Origin: Tubiluchus corallicola
Lineage: Eukaryota; Animalia; Priapulida
Reading direction: 5' to 3'
Length of the DNA: 64,000 nt
Assembly: GCA_030141605.1 (NCBI GenBank)
Contig: JAQGDQ010000199.1
Location: 62,001-126,000, forward strand
Shown: positions 1 to 12,100 of the stretch, in pieces
How the letters are laid out: each line of letters opens with the position of its first letter
Numbering within the stretch: the stretch's first letter is position 1
Notes under the pieces: generated by a model
What the model saw: the letters and a program-made list of their open reading frames with translations, nothing else
What the model was told of the DNA's origin: nothing
Databases searched by the model: none
Program-made: the position numbers and the translations under genes

Positions 1-55
1 TGAAATGTGCTATAAATCATGCATGCCGTACTTAGAATTTTTTGATAGTGATATA

Positions 56-254
56 CAGATATTCATCCACTTACAACCTATGCAACTTACGACTGTGCAC
101 TGCCATACGTATACAACACCTTACACATAGCTACACTTTTGTCTACACACATGACTTCTTATATGTGTAGAGAATCTCCATTTGATTAAAAGGGTCCGAC
201 TTGGGTGTAAGTCGCCTCACAACCAATTGTATTCGTAAATCGACGACGACTTGT
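56..254. mobile_element. Degenerate Tc1/pogo (Tigger-like) MITE
   Basis: TA-CAGATATTCATCCACTTACAAC ... CGTAAATCGACGACGACTTG-TA; related sequence starts near 25486 (TACAGGTAGTTGTCGAGTTACGA). Confidence 0.45.
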
Positions 255-2313
255 AATTAATGCAATTTAACTGGGTCCCACAGCTCAATGGTAGCGTGCT
301 CGCTTACATTTGTAATTAATACAATTTAACCGGGTCCCACAGCTCAATGGTAGCGTGCTCGCTTACACTTGCAATTAATACAATTTAACCGGGTCCCACT
401 CCTCAATGGTAGCGTGCTCGCTAACACTTGTAATTAATACTATTTAACCGGGTCCCACACCTCAATGGTAGCGTGCTCGCTTACACTTTTAATTAATACA
501 ATTTAACCGGGTCCCACAGCTCAATGGTAGCGTGCTCGCTTACACTTGTAATTAATGCAATTTAACTGGGTCCCACAGCTCAATGGTAGCGTGCTCGCTT
601 ACACTTGTAATTAATACAATTTAACCGGGTCCCACAGCTCAATGGTAGCGTGCTCGCTTACACTTGTAATTAATACAATTTAACCGGGTCGCACAGCGCA
701 ATGGTAGCGTGCTCACTTACACTTGTAATTAATACAATTTAACCGCGTCCCACACCTCAATGGTAGCGTGCTCACTTACACTTGTAATTAATACAATTTA
801 ACCGGGTCCCACACCTCAATGGTAGCGTGCTCGCTTACACTTGTAATTAATGCAATTTAACCGGGTCCCACACCTCAATGGTAGCGTGCTCGCTTACACT
901 TGTAATTAATGCAATTTAACCGGGTCCCACACCTCAATGGTAGCGTGCTCGCTTACACTTGTAATTAATGCAATTTAACCGGGTCCCACACCTCAATGGT
1001 AGCGTGCTCGCTTACACTTGTAATTAATGCAATTTAACCGGGTCCCACACCTCAATGGTAGCATGCTCGCTTACACTTGTAATTAATGCAATTTAACCGG
1101 GTCCCACACCTCAATGATAGCGTGCTCGCTTACACTTGTAATTAATGCAATTTAACCGGGTCCCACACCTCAATGGTAGCGTGCTCGCTTACACTTGTAA
1201 TTAATGCAATTTAACCGGGTCCCACACCTCAATGGTAGCGTGCTCGCTTACACTTGTAATCAATGCAATTTAACCGGGTCCCACACCTCAATGGTAGCGT
1301 GCTCGCTTACACTTGTAATTAATGCAATTTAACCGGGTCCCACACCTCAATGGTAGCGTGCTCGCTTACACTTGTAATTAATCCAATTTAACCGGGTCCC
1401 ACAGCTCAATGGTAGCGTGCTCGCTTACACTTGTAATTAATACTATTTAACCGGGTCCCACAGCTCAATGGTAGCGTGCTCGCTTACACTTGTAATTAAT
1501 ACTATTTAACCGGGTCCCACAGCTCAATGGTAGCGTGCTCGCTTACACTTGTAATTAATACAATTTAACCGGGTCCCACACCTCAATGGTAGCGTGCTCG
1601 CTTACACTTGTAATTAATGCAATTTAACCGGGTCCCACACCTCAATGGTAGCGTGCTCGCTTACACTTGTAATTAATGCAATTTAACCGGGTCCCACACC
1701 TCAATGGTAGCGTGCTCGCTTACACTTGTAATTAATGCAATTTAACCGGGTCCCACACCTCAATGGTAGCGTGCTCGCTTACACTTGTAATTAATGCAAT
1801 TTAACCGGGTCCCACACCTCAATGGTAGCATGCTCGCTTACACTTGTAATTAATGCAATTTAACCGGGTCCCACAGCTCAATGGTAGCGTGCTCGCTTAC
1901 ACTTGTAATTAATACAATTTAACCGGGTCCCACAGCTCAATGGTAGCGTGCTCGCTTACACTTGTAATTAATACAATTTAACCGGGTCCCACAGCTCAAT
2001 GGTAGCATGCTCGCTTACACTTGTAATTAATACAATTTAACCGGGTCCCACACCTCAATGGTAGCGTGCTAGCTTACACTTGTAATTAATACAATTTAAC
2101 CGCGTCCCACACCTCAATGGTAGCGTGCTCGCTTACACTTGTAATTAATACAATTTAACCGGGTCCCACACCTCAATGGTAGCGTGCTCGCTTACACTTG
2201 TAATTAATACAATTTAACCGGGTTCCACAGCTCAATGGTAGCATGCTCGCTAACACTTGTAATTAATACAATTTAACCGGGTCCCACACCTCAATGGTAG
2301 CATGCTCGCTTAC
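250..2313 (+). repeat. 59-bp tandem array, 35 copies, containing the 5' half of a tRNA-derived SINE head
   Basis: Unit cttgtaattaatacaatttaaccgggtcccacagctcaatggtagcgtgctcgcttaca; first unit starts at 250, last at 2256. Confidence 0.97.
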
Positions 2314-2514
2314 CACCTGGGAGGTCGTGGGTTCAACTCTCGACTGAGTCATACCAAAGAGTTGAAAGATGGTACCGCTGGTTCTTCGACCAAGCATGAG
2401 GGTTTATCGAAGTAACCTGCAGGAAATAATAATCGGGACCACCTTGGAAATAAGTATTAAGGTACTTAAGGTGCTCTCCTTGTACCATGTCCTAAACGAA
2501 ATTATTATTATTAT
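2279..2514 (+). mobile_element. tRNA-derived SINE (central segment resembles the Meta domain)
   Basis: A-box-like ACCTCAATGG, B-box GGTTCAACTC, then gagtcataccaaagagttgaaagatggtacc, then an (ATT)n tail. Confidence 0.75.
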
Positions 2515-2515
2515 A

Positions 2516-3651
2516 TAGGTTTTACATGTCAAATGTAGACCTACGCTAAGTGTTAAGTCAAATGCAGATTTAGGTAATTCAAATGTGTCTTGGTAACTGA
2601 AATGTAGACTTAGGTAGTTCAAATGTGTTAACAATGGTTTTCAACAAATCTTCAAAGTAATTAAGGATTTATTCAAAGTAATGCATCTGCATTTGACTTA
2701 CCTAAGTCACATTTGAGTTACCAAAACACATTCGAAATTCCTATGTCTACATTTGACTTACGTAAGTCACATTTGAGTTATCAAAACACATTCGAAATTC
2801 CTATGTCTACATTTGATTTACCTAAGTCACATTTGAGTTACCAAAACACATTCGAAATTCCTATGTCTACATTTGACTTACCTAAGTCACATTTGAGTTA
2901 CCAAAACACATTCGAAATTCCTATGTCTACATTTGACTTACCTAAGTCACATTTGAGTTACCAAAACACATTCGAAATTCCTATGTCTACATTTGACTTA
3001 CCTAAGTCACATTTGAGTTAGCAAAACACATTCGAAATTCCTATGTCTACATTTGACTTACCTAAGTCACATTTGAGTTACTAAAACACATTCGAAATTC
3101 CTATGTCTACATTTGACTTACCTAAGTCACATTTGAGTTACCAAAACACATTCGAAATTCCTATGTCTACATTTGACTTACCTAAGTCACATTTGAGTTA
3201 CTAAAACACATTCGAAATTCCTATGTCTACATTTGACTTACCTAAGTCACATTTGAGTTACCAAAACACATTCGAAATTCCTATGTCTACATTTGACTTA
3301 CCTAAGTCACATTTGAGTTACCAAAACACATTCGAAATTCCTATGTCTACATTTGACTTACCTAAGTCACATTTGAGTTACCAAAACACATTCGAAATTC
3401 CTATGTCTACATTTGACTTACCTAAGTCACATTTGAGTTACCAAAACACATTCGAAATTCCTGTGTCTACATTTGACTTACCTAAGTCACATTTGAGTTA
3501 GCAAAACACATTCGAAATTCCTATGTCTACATTTGACTTACCTAAGTCACATTTGAGTTAGCAAAACACATTCGAAATTCCTATGTCTACATTTGACTTA
3601 CCTAAGTCACATTTGAACTTTCCTATGTCTACATTTGACGTGTAAAACCTG
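2516..3651. mobile_element. Foldback/MITE with TIRs carrying about 15.5 x 60-bp tandem repeats
   Basis: Left TAGGTTTTACATGTCAAATGTAGAC is inverted against right GTCTACATTTGACGTGTAAAACCT; array about 2690-3640. Confidence 0.88.
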
Positions 3652-4466
3652 TTTCCACTGTGCATGGAGTACCTGCCGAACTAACCCATACATTGCATTT
3701 AATGGAGACCATTCTCTGCCAAAAAGCGAGTTCGAATTTGCGACTTTCGAACACGAATCAAACCGAATTTCAGCATTTGTAATTTACTGGGTGAAAATAT
3801 TTACAAAGGTATACGGTCATTAATTACAAAGTAGCAGGCGAGACAAATATAAGTACAAGATAGTACGTAGCACGTTACAAAACAAAAAAAAACATTATCT
3901 TATTCAGTTTTAAAATTTTCGTATAATTTTGGAATCCCGAATAATATGCAGCTCTTTAAAAAAGATCATGCATATTGCTTGATTTTATTCTGCAGTAAAA
4001 CACTAATAATTTGCTTAAAAACCGTGTAGTGAAATTGCAGCTAAAGTGTGCTGATTGCAAACGTTTGAAACATTTTAATAATAAGGAACATGTGTAGTTG
4101 ATGTAGTGATTTATTGAATCCATTATTTTAAGTTCGAATCGAATTAGAACTAAAAAAATGAATCGAATTCGGACATTCGATGCTCACCACTAGTCTTCAG
4201 GCCTTATAATTGTTTAAGTGTTCTGTGCAAGATTTCCTGATTTCATTTTTCGTAAAAAAAATTGCCAACTCAAAACGCCTCCTTTAACAGTAAGTATAGC
4301 GGGGGTTTCCACGACAGAAGTGACGCCATAGCGGCGGTTTCTACGACAGAAGTGACGCCATATCGGCGCTCCCGTTTACCTTTATCTGATTGGACAATCT
4401 GCTGTCCTCTTTGTTTTCAGCTCCTGTTTCTTTTGTTGGAAGTAGATGTGCCTGATGTCTGCAGTA

Positions 4467-4627
4467 AACATTCGAAATTCCTATGTCTACATTTGACTTA
4501 CCTAAGTCACATTTGAGTTACTAAAACACATTCGAAATTCCTATGTCTACATTTGACTTACCTAAGTCACATTTGAGTTACCAAAACACATTCGAAATTC
4601 CTATGTCTACATTTGACGTGTAAAACT
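4467..4627. repeat. Partial right arm of the same 60-bp-array element (about 2.5 units)
   Basis: Identical 60-bp unit ending in gtctacatttgacgtgtaaaac. Confidence 0.9.
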
Positions 4628-4856
4628 TACTGTTAAAGTGTCTCTTTAATCAAATGTAGACTGCTGAGTGCTTCACCCCGTGAACGGCCTGGACAAAAAC
4701 GTTTTCTAAGGTGTTTTCCAAGTGACAAGTCACACCTATACAACTATTACCGGACGCAGGAAAACAGCTAACGAAACTTGCAGAAAACTAGATCCTATGT
4801 TTACCATGCTTTCACGGAATGTTGTAACTTAATACAACCACTACAAAAATAGTGCT

Positions 4857-5153
4857 TGGAATATCTGGGGCACGTCGCTCGTATGGCCAACTCCCGCCTA
4901 CCATTCATCTCCATGTTCGAGCCGGCGCCGGCAACAACAACACACCGCGGCACGTGCAAGCGCCGCAGAGGAGGTCAACAAAAGCATTTCTGGCATCAAA
5001 TCAAGCGCGATATTGTGTCTCCTCTTGGGCTGGACCGCTACCGTCAAGTTTCTGACGATCTCGCAGAGCTGCCGTCGTACTGCAAGGACCGGAAGCAGTG
5101 GCGTGCGATGGTTCGGGATGCTACCTGTGCTGGCCTGCCTCCACCTACTAAGT
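4857..5153 (+). mobile_element. 5'-truncated RTE-clade LINE (ORF C-terminus) with 17-bp TSD
   Basis: EYLGHVARM..RLP...RRRGGQ..W...DRKQWRAMV; TSD actacaaaaatagtgct at 4840-4856 and 5154-5170. Confidence 0.85.
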
Positions 5154-5317
5154 ACTACAAAAATAGTGCTACGTCGAATCTAAATTGCTCTGTATTGCTG
5201 AGTAACTAGGCTGATCTGGATGCAATTGTATTGTTCAATGAGTCGCTGGCTCAAGGTGCATTTAACGTTTTGCATGACTGATTGCAGAAACGTGCCCGAC
5301 TCGTTGAACGGATCAGG

Positions 5318-5867
5318 CAGCGGCGGATTATGATTTTATGGGCCTTAGGCTTGAGCTTGGAACGGGCCTTTTAAATGTTGCTACACTGCTGAGCTGACGT
5401 GTTTTTGTGGAGCTCTCGTCGTTTGTAAGTTTGTTTAATTTTGTGAGTTTTTGCCCACCGATTGTGATAAAAATTATATCTTCTTGATCCTTGAGTTGTG
5501 GACTAGGACTATATAAACACGATTACAGCTTGGTGAGTTTCTGGGTTAGATGTCAACTAAAATAAGCCAATCAGAAACTCTGAAAGTAACTTTAGTTTCT
5601 TACTAATTTCTTATACTTATTAGTAAGTATTCTTATATTATTCTTATTAGTACTTATTCTTATATTTTTATTTTGAGAAATATGGCGTATCGTCATAAAT
5701 CCGGATGCCAAAAAGCAAAAGAAAGAGAGCATTTGTGTAAACCTGATTTGAAATATAGTGACTGGCTTTTGAAAAAAAACTTTTTTATATATTTTATTTT
5801 GCCGGGTCCCTTTTGATCCCGGGCCTTAGGCTTCAGCCTATTCAGCCTATAGGGCTATCCGCTATAG
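5318..5867. mobile_element. hAT-like MITE
   Basis: 8-bp TSD ggatcagg (5310-5317, 5868-5875); imperfect TIR cagcggcggat/atccgctatag. Confidence 0.55.
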
Positions 5868-6007
5868 GGATCAGGCACATATGGAACAATTTAGCTACTG
5901 AACAAAACAGAGTAATTGAACGTTCAACGTGGAACTGTTTCCTTGTGAGAAAAGAAAAAATATTTCGGGGTGGCGGTGAAAGGCTTAAATGCAATTACAA
6001 CACTTGC

Positions 6008-6173
6008 CTAGGTCCACTTCATCCAAGGCCGGACGTAACGAACGTGGTGTGTTTCTATACACAGCGTTGAGAGCTTTAAGTTTGGCTTGTGTTACTGTAT
6101 CACAGTCGAGTACTTTAACTAGAATAGGCTTGGTATCCAGACTACTGTGTCCTGGTCCGTATACGTGAACAGC
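6008..6173 (-). CDS. PlexA: Plexin exon 26 (RBD start: [13 protein letters not shown]...EVDL), GC donor
   Basis: ttacag|GCT ... CTAG|GCAAGT, 166 nt, phase 0/1. Confidence 0.88.
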
Positions 6174-9100
6174 CTGTAAGATCAGAAATTGTAATTTGTA
6201 AAAAAAAATGCCAAAACAAATGTTGCGTATGCAAGAGTAATACAGTGGGTATTATATCATACGAAAGTGACGACATACGTTGAACTTTAGTTAGATCAAC
6301 TAAAAATTTAAAAACTGCTGCTGACCCCTGCTAATGCTCTTTCATTTCATTTCATTTAACAATGAGATATTTCAAGAATTCAAACAAACTGTCATTGGTA
6401 CAGTTTAAAACTTTATGCAGTAGATTTGTTAACCCTTTCATACCCGTTGTATCCCATAGGATACGAGAATATTCTCTTCCTTTAAAGTTAATAAAATTTT
6501 AAAACTGACAGTTATTTGATCTGTTAACAGTTATTTTGATTTAAGCCAATAACAATAGACTAAAAATGGTGATAAAATGGCAAACTAAAAAAATCTACAT
6601 AGCATAAAAAACTGTGCAAGGTACAATACTTTAGAGACGACTTTGTACAGATCAGCATAGCACACATACTAAATGTCTTAAATACTTTAAAATATTATCA
6701 CCATTTGCTTTTTATCATGTTTAGCAACCATTGAATCCCAATGTATCCCGTGGGATACAGGCTATATTTAGCACACGTGCACAGGTAGAAAAAATAATTA
6801 TTATGTGTAAACAAGATGGACATACTGAACAAAAGTACCCAGCCAAAAAAATTTTTCTTATTAAAAAATAATTTGGGACTGAAAGGGTTAGCAATGAGAT
6901 TTATTAACATTTATTACTACTTACTAATTGCGAATACTGAATTTTCTGCCGTATGAGTTTGTCTAAGCTTAACGCGTATTTACACTCATTCGTAATGGCG
7001 TCAACTGGTCCCATGTCAATCTGCTGCTCCACGGCCATGCAGAGTTTATACAGCAATGTACCAACTTTTTCCTACAAACAAAACAAAAACAAATCCTCTT
7101 CCACAAAACATAAAAGTGTTCTGGATCACCACCAGACATAATCTAAAGGCTCATAATCCTGGAAATTTCATCCTACGGGTTGTTTAGAGCATGATTCTCT
7201 TAAATGCCATTGTCACAATACTCAGTGACAGGAGTGGCAGAGTGATCACCATGTGTGCTCGACTACAAAGGTCAGCAACACTAGACTCAACCAGTGACAG
7301 AATATGTGACCTTCCGCCTGAATAAACTAGTTCTGAACAGCCTATTTAGTCATTCACTTTACTGACTGAGGGGATTATTAATACACATCCCTTACTAGTT
7401 CAGCATCTCTTACAGAACTCATAAGCATAGTGCGTACAGAGGTGATGAAATCGAAACTTTGAAACAGAATCCGATTTAGAGTTTTAATTCCACTCGATTC
7501 GCTGAAGTTCTAAGTGATTTTAGATCAGACCCGATTCACCAGCTCAGCTTCGACTTACAAAAGAAATTATAAACTCTATAACCTTTAAATTTTTCTGCAA
7601 AATTACTCAATTAGCTGCTTTTTTTTGATAATTTTGTACTATGTGAAATGCACAGGTGTCGCCAGATTCAGTTTCAGCATGTGTCCAACTCATGAAATCA
7701 TAAGTGAAAATCTGCATCACATTACGATTTTAACTACTAGTTTCAACAAAAAAGCTAAAATTTCCTTGCATTATTTTCGCAAAACGCTGCAAACACTGTG
7801 GTTCACTCGAAAGCTGCTTTGTGACCCAGATTTTTTACACAAAGTGCAGGTAATGGCATGAAAAATTATTTTACGTTGAGATTCGGTATAGATTCGGATT
7901 CGGTAATTAAACACTAATTACAACCCAACATTCAGTTCATATTACCCAAAACATAACTTTCTGTACATTTAAACAAAAGTCTGATGGGCACGCTCCCCGG
8001 AACTGAATTTGGTCTCGATCCAGATGACCAAAAAATCCAGAACTGATCAAAGCCGTCAGCCCAGGCAAAGCACCTTAGCATCTAAGTTAACTTTCCACAG
8101 CAGGTAGCTTGATGTATGAAATATTTTACCACAATCAAGCAGTATAAATATTGACCACACAATGCTGTTTTATGAAATAACAAATCTTAAAAAATTGACC
8201 ACACAATGCTGTTTTGTGACCTAACAAATCTTAAAAAATTGACCACACAATGCTGTTTTATGACCTAACAAATCTTAAAAAATTGACCACACAATGCTGT
8301 TTTATGACCTAACAAATTTAAGAAATTGACCACACAATGCTGTTTTATGACCTAACAAATTTAAAAAATTGACCACACAATGCTGTTTTATGACCTAACA
8401 AATCTTAAAAAATTGACCACACAATGCTGTTTTATGACCTAACAAATTTAAAAAATTGACCACACAATGCTGTTTTATGACAACAAATTTTACCTTAAGC
8501 AGCCTGTGTAGCAAAAACGTAAACCATGCAGCTAGCATCTTCTCTGCAACTGACTCAGTCCTAAAACATGAAAGAAATGCAGTTATAACGTATAATTAAG
8601 CACGCAATACAACCGACAGCAAACAAAGCATCAAACAGACAGCAAACAAAGCATCAAACAGACAGCAAACAAAGCATCAAACAGACAGCAAACAAAGCAT
8701 CAAACAGACAGCAAAGCATCAAACAGACAGAAAACAGCAAAAATTAATCATAAAACAAAACTGAACTGAAGTAACACGGATTAACTTGTGTGCTATCAAA
8801 CCAATACCATCCATAAGAGGGACTAAATAATGCTGTGTTATAATGCTTCAAAGTAGAATACATCAAAAATTGGGTCAAATATCAATTTTTTATTTTTTAC
8901 AAAAACAATCACTAAATACACTGGACTATTATGTTCTAGCACAAAAATGCCAGGAAATTGTTTAGGAAAAACTAAGAACTTAATATTATAAATCCTTAAC
9001 CACTTTTCTACCTAAAAGCTAGTATTGCATTTGTCAAAAACTTGTGTTTTCAAACTCCGATAGTATATGTAAGTAAATAAGTAAGTATGTTTATTTATCA

Positions 9101-12100
9101 CCTTTTTTACAAGAAAAACAGAGAGCATGAAACGATAATATGATAGTATGATACAAAGTGACAAGATTATTAAATGAATAAATTATCTGAGTTAATGATA
9201 TTCAAGTGATTGGTGATTTCCAAATGATATATGAAAACAGTCATTTTGCTTGCAGTTTATTCTGTTGCCAAACCCAGATCTTGGTCACGAAGAGTCCTCT
9301 ACAGGATTTAAATGTAACTTCAAAGTGCTCTTGCAAAGACCAAAGCAATCAACATTTTGTATGGTTGCAAAATGTTTTTGTAGAAACGTGACTAAAACAA
9401 TGGCAAACTTTGACAGCGATTTCCTCAAAGTTAAGTTTTCTAGTGCATAACTTGCACCTCAGCTTCAGCGTGGATTACCTCAGCTTAGAAAGAAAACAGA
9501 GTGATGAGTTTGATACCAAATGATCCTCAAGAAAGAGAGATTCAGGATATGTGTATAACTAAAAAATATGCTGAGATTTTGCAAACAGACTATCAGACAA
9601 GAAGTAGGGGACATTCATACAAGTTAAAGAAAAGGTATAGTCGCACTGCTACATGACACAACATCTTCAGCTTGAAGGTTGTAGACCGTTGGAACTACCT
9701 CCCTGAGAATGTAGTCTTCGCAAACTCCGTAACCTATCCGTAAACGCAAACTATACATTATATGGCTGAACTACCGACACAGCTCCGAGGCTGTGCCACC
9801 TAGAAATTATTAAAGGGCTGACAGTTATGATCAGTCAACATCTCTGCCCTAATATATAGGACTGAATGGATATGATATGATTAAAAACAATGAAAAGGCA
9901 GAAAGGGTACAACAAAAACAAAACTTGCTACAACTACACGCACCTTCTCAACAAAACTTTTGGATTGTCAGAAGGATTCTGCAATGACCTCTCAATCAAC
10001 TCTGCCAGCAGTGTCTTTAAAATGCTGTAACAGAAACGTAATTAAATGTAAAAAATGTTTACAAAATTAAGTAATTATTTTGTTTATTATAACACGCGAT
10101 TGATCGAGTGCAAAGTTACAAAGCATTTATATTATTGACATAAAAGCTAAAATATTTCAGTTTTTTTACTTACAAAACTGCCTAATAGAATTATTAGGTT
10201 AGTAGCAAACTGTAACATTATCCAGCTAGAGCACCACTGGTCAGACTAGCAGACCAGAAGCCTATGGTTCAACCACCGCAATGTCTGCATTTTTTCCAAC
10301 AAATTATTATAATTAGAGCCCAGAGCCCTGCCGTTTCAGCTGAACTCCAGCCAGTTTATTTTTACAGTCGGCATAACCAACAAGAAACCCAGCTTAAGTT
10401 GTGCCAGCCTCTCGGGGATAGGAGTCGAGCTAGCGGACAGTTTTGCCGACTGTGAAGACTTTTGCTCTTGCGATAATCACGTGACACAGCCAACATTGGT
10501 TGAAATATGACAAACACGTCTATTGTGAATTCGCGCTCAGATTGTTGTGTGTGCTGGCAGAGATTCTAAACTTCAGAAATGTTTGAACGAGAAAGCTGGA
10601 GCTGGTCAATTCAAAATTAAATTAGTGACTAGCAATGTTGGTCACACGTAAGGGGATCATTTTGGTGGTTTGGTATTGATTCGTCAGTAATCAAGATAAC
10701 CTCGCCAAGAGTTGGATTGAAGTTATATTTGCAATAAATACATTGCTTTTTTATAACAATAGGAAATTAATCTTTAATGCATTATTTGAATTTGTACACC
10801 AGCTTCTTTCTGTGTACAAGTGACAAGATTTATTTAAAAAATTTGTCGCCATAATTTAACGGTTAAAAAACAGTTTAGCATTCATTTAGTTAGCAAAAAT
10901 TCGCATATTTAGCTAACTTAGCAGATTGTTTCTTCAAGCCAGCTCAGCTGAAAACTCAGTCAACCTCAGCCGAACTAGCTGATTTACTGTGTGAGTCAGT
11001 TGATGCGGTAGCAACTAGTTCAGCTCCAGCCTCTAACTCAGGGGTGTGCAAATTATCTGACTTGCCGGGTCACATTAAACTTTCCCGCAATTCCTGTGGG
11101 CCGCATGCAGTTTGGTCAAGGAGCAAAGTACAGTAGGACCTAATAACGATTTTTCTGCATCTGATCTGTCACATCATTACTACTGCACTACTACACTCAA
11201 GAAACTATTTTAGAAGTTATTAAAATTTATATTAAAAATCATATATTTCGTCATGTCTGACAGTGACATTAAGTGACAACGGTCTTGTAAGGGTTAATGC
11301 CAACCGATCTAGAGGAAAAAACTACCTGCACTATCTTTGCGACAATGGTGCAGACTTCAGCTGGATCGCGTGGACCGCACTTTCGTTACGTTGACAAACC
11401 TCTTCGTGGGCCGCACAAGGTCTCTCGGCGGGCCGCAAGTGGCCCAAGAGCCGCAGTTTGCACACCCCTGCTCTAACTATAATTCTTTCGAATACTGATA
11501 ACATCAAAACCAATTATTTTAGTAACACATCCAGACTGCTATGGTGTTTATAAAACATTTAAGAATCAACGCATCTTACTCTGTACAATAATCCATGTGT
11601 CGCTGAAGAGCGACCATCAAATAAGAGGCTACATTTACGCGGTCCTTCATGGAAAAGTAACGATTTGATTCGAGCGTCCTCACATACAGGAGTAGAAAAA
11701 CTTTATTGTTGATCAATTGTTCAAATTGTTTTAGCGCCTTCAGTACCGTGGGATGGTCAAAACCTGGTGTCTGAAAACAAAAGTCAATGACCACTTTAAT
11801 TTTGTTCAAAAAAATAATATTCAGAAAAATTTTCATGGACTAATCCATAATTATAATTCAGTCGTCAGCTTAAATACTTAAAGAAGTGGCAGATAAGACA
11901 GTCAAATGACGTGTTAATAGCATAATCAGCTAAATAACTTGTAAAAGCCTTTCCTTAAAGCACAAGAAAACATTCTTCATAAAATCATAAAAAACTCGTG
12001 TTTTGAAATTTTGTATCACTTTCCTGCTGTCTTATTGTTCACATAGCCTGTAGTATTAACATCGTATAAGATTTATAAATTTAAACTTCTGATCGTTAAA

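Noticed and set aside
250-2313. CRISPR array or tandem tRNA gene cluster
   Set aside because: There are no unique spacers, the context is eukaryotic, and the units hold only a 5' half-tRNA with no T-arm
2713-3501. Repeat-protein ORFs ([20 protein letters not shown])n
   Set aside because: Translation of a 60-bp array inside a TIR element, interrupted by stops
3650-3716. Possible plexin exon 27 (EWSPLNAMYG...WKQ) on the minus strand
   Set aside because: Only the EW start matches; there is no WKRLNTLxHY-like motif, the acceptor is poor and it lies in repeat-like sequence. The next exon is probably left of the window.
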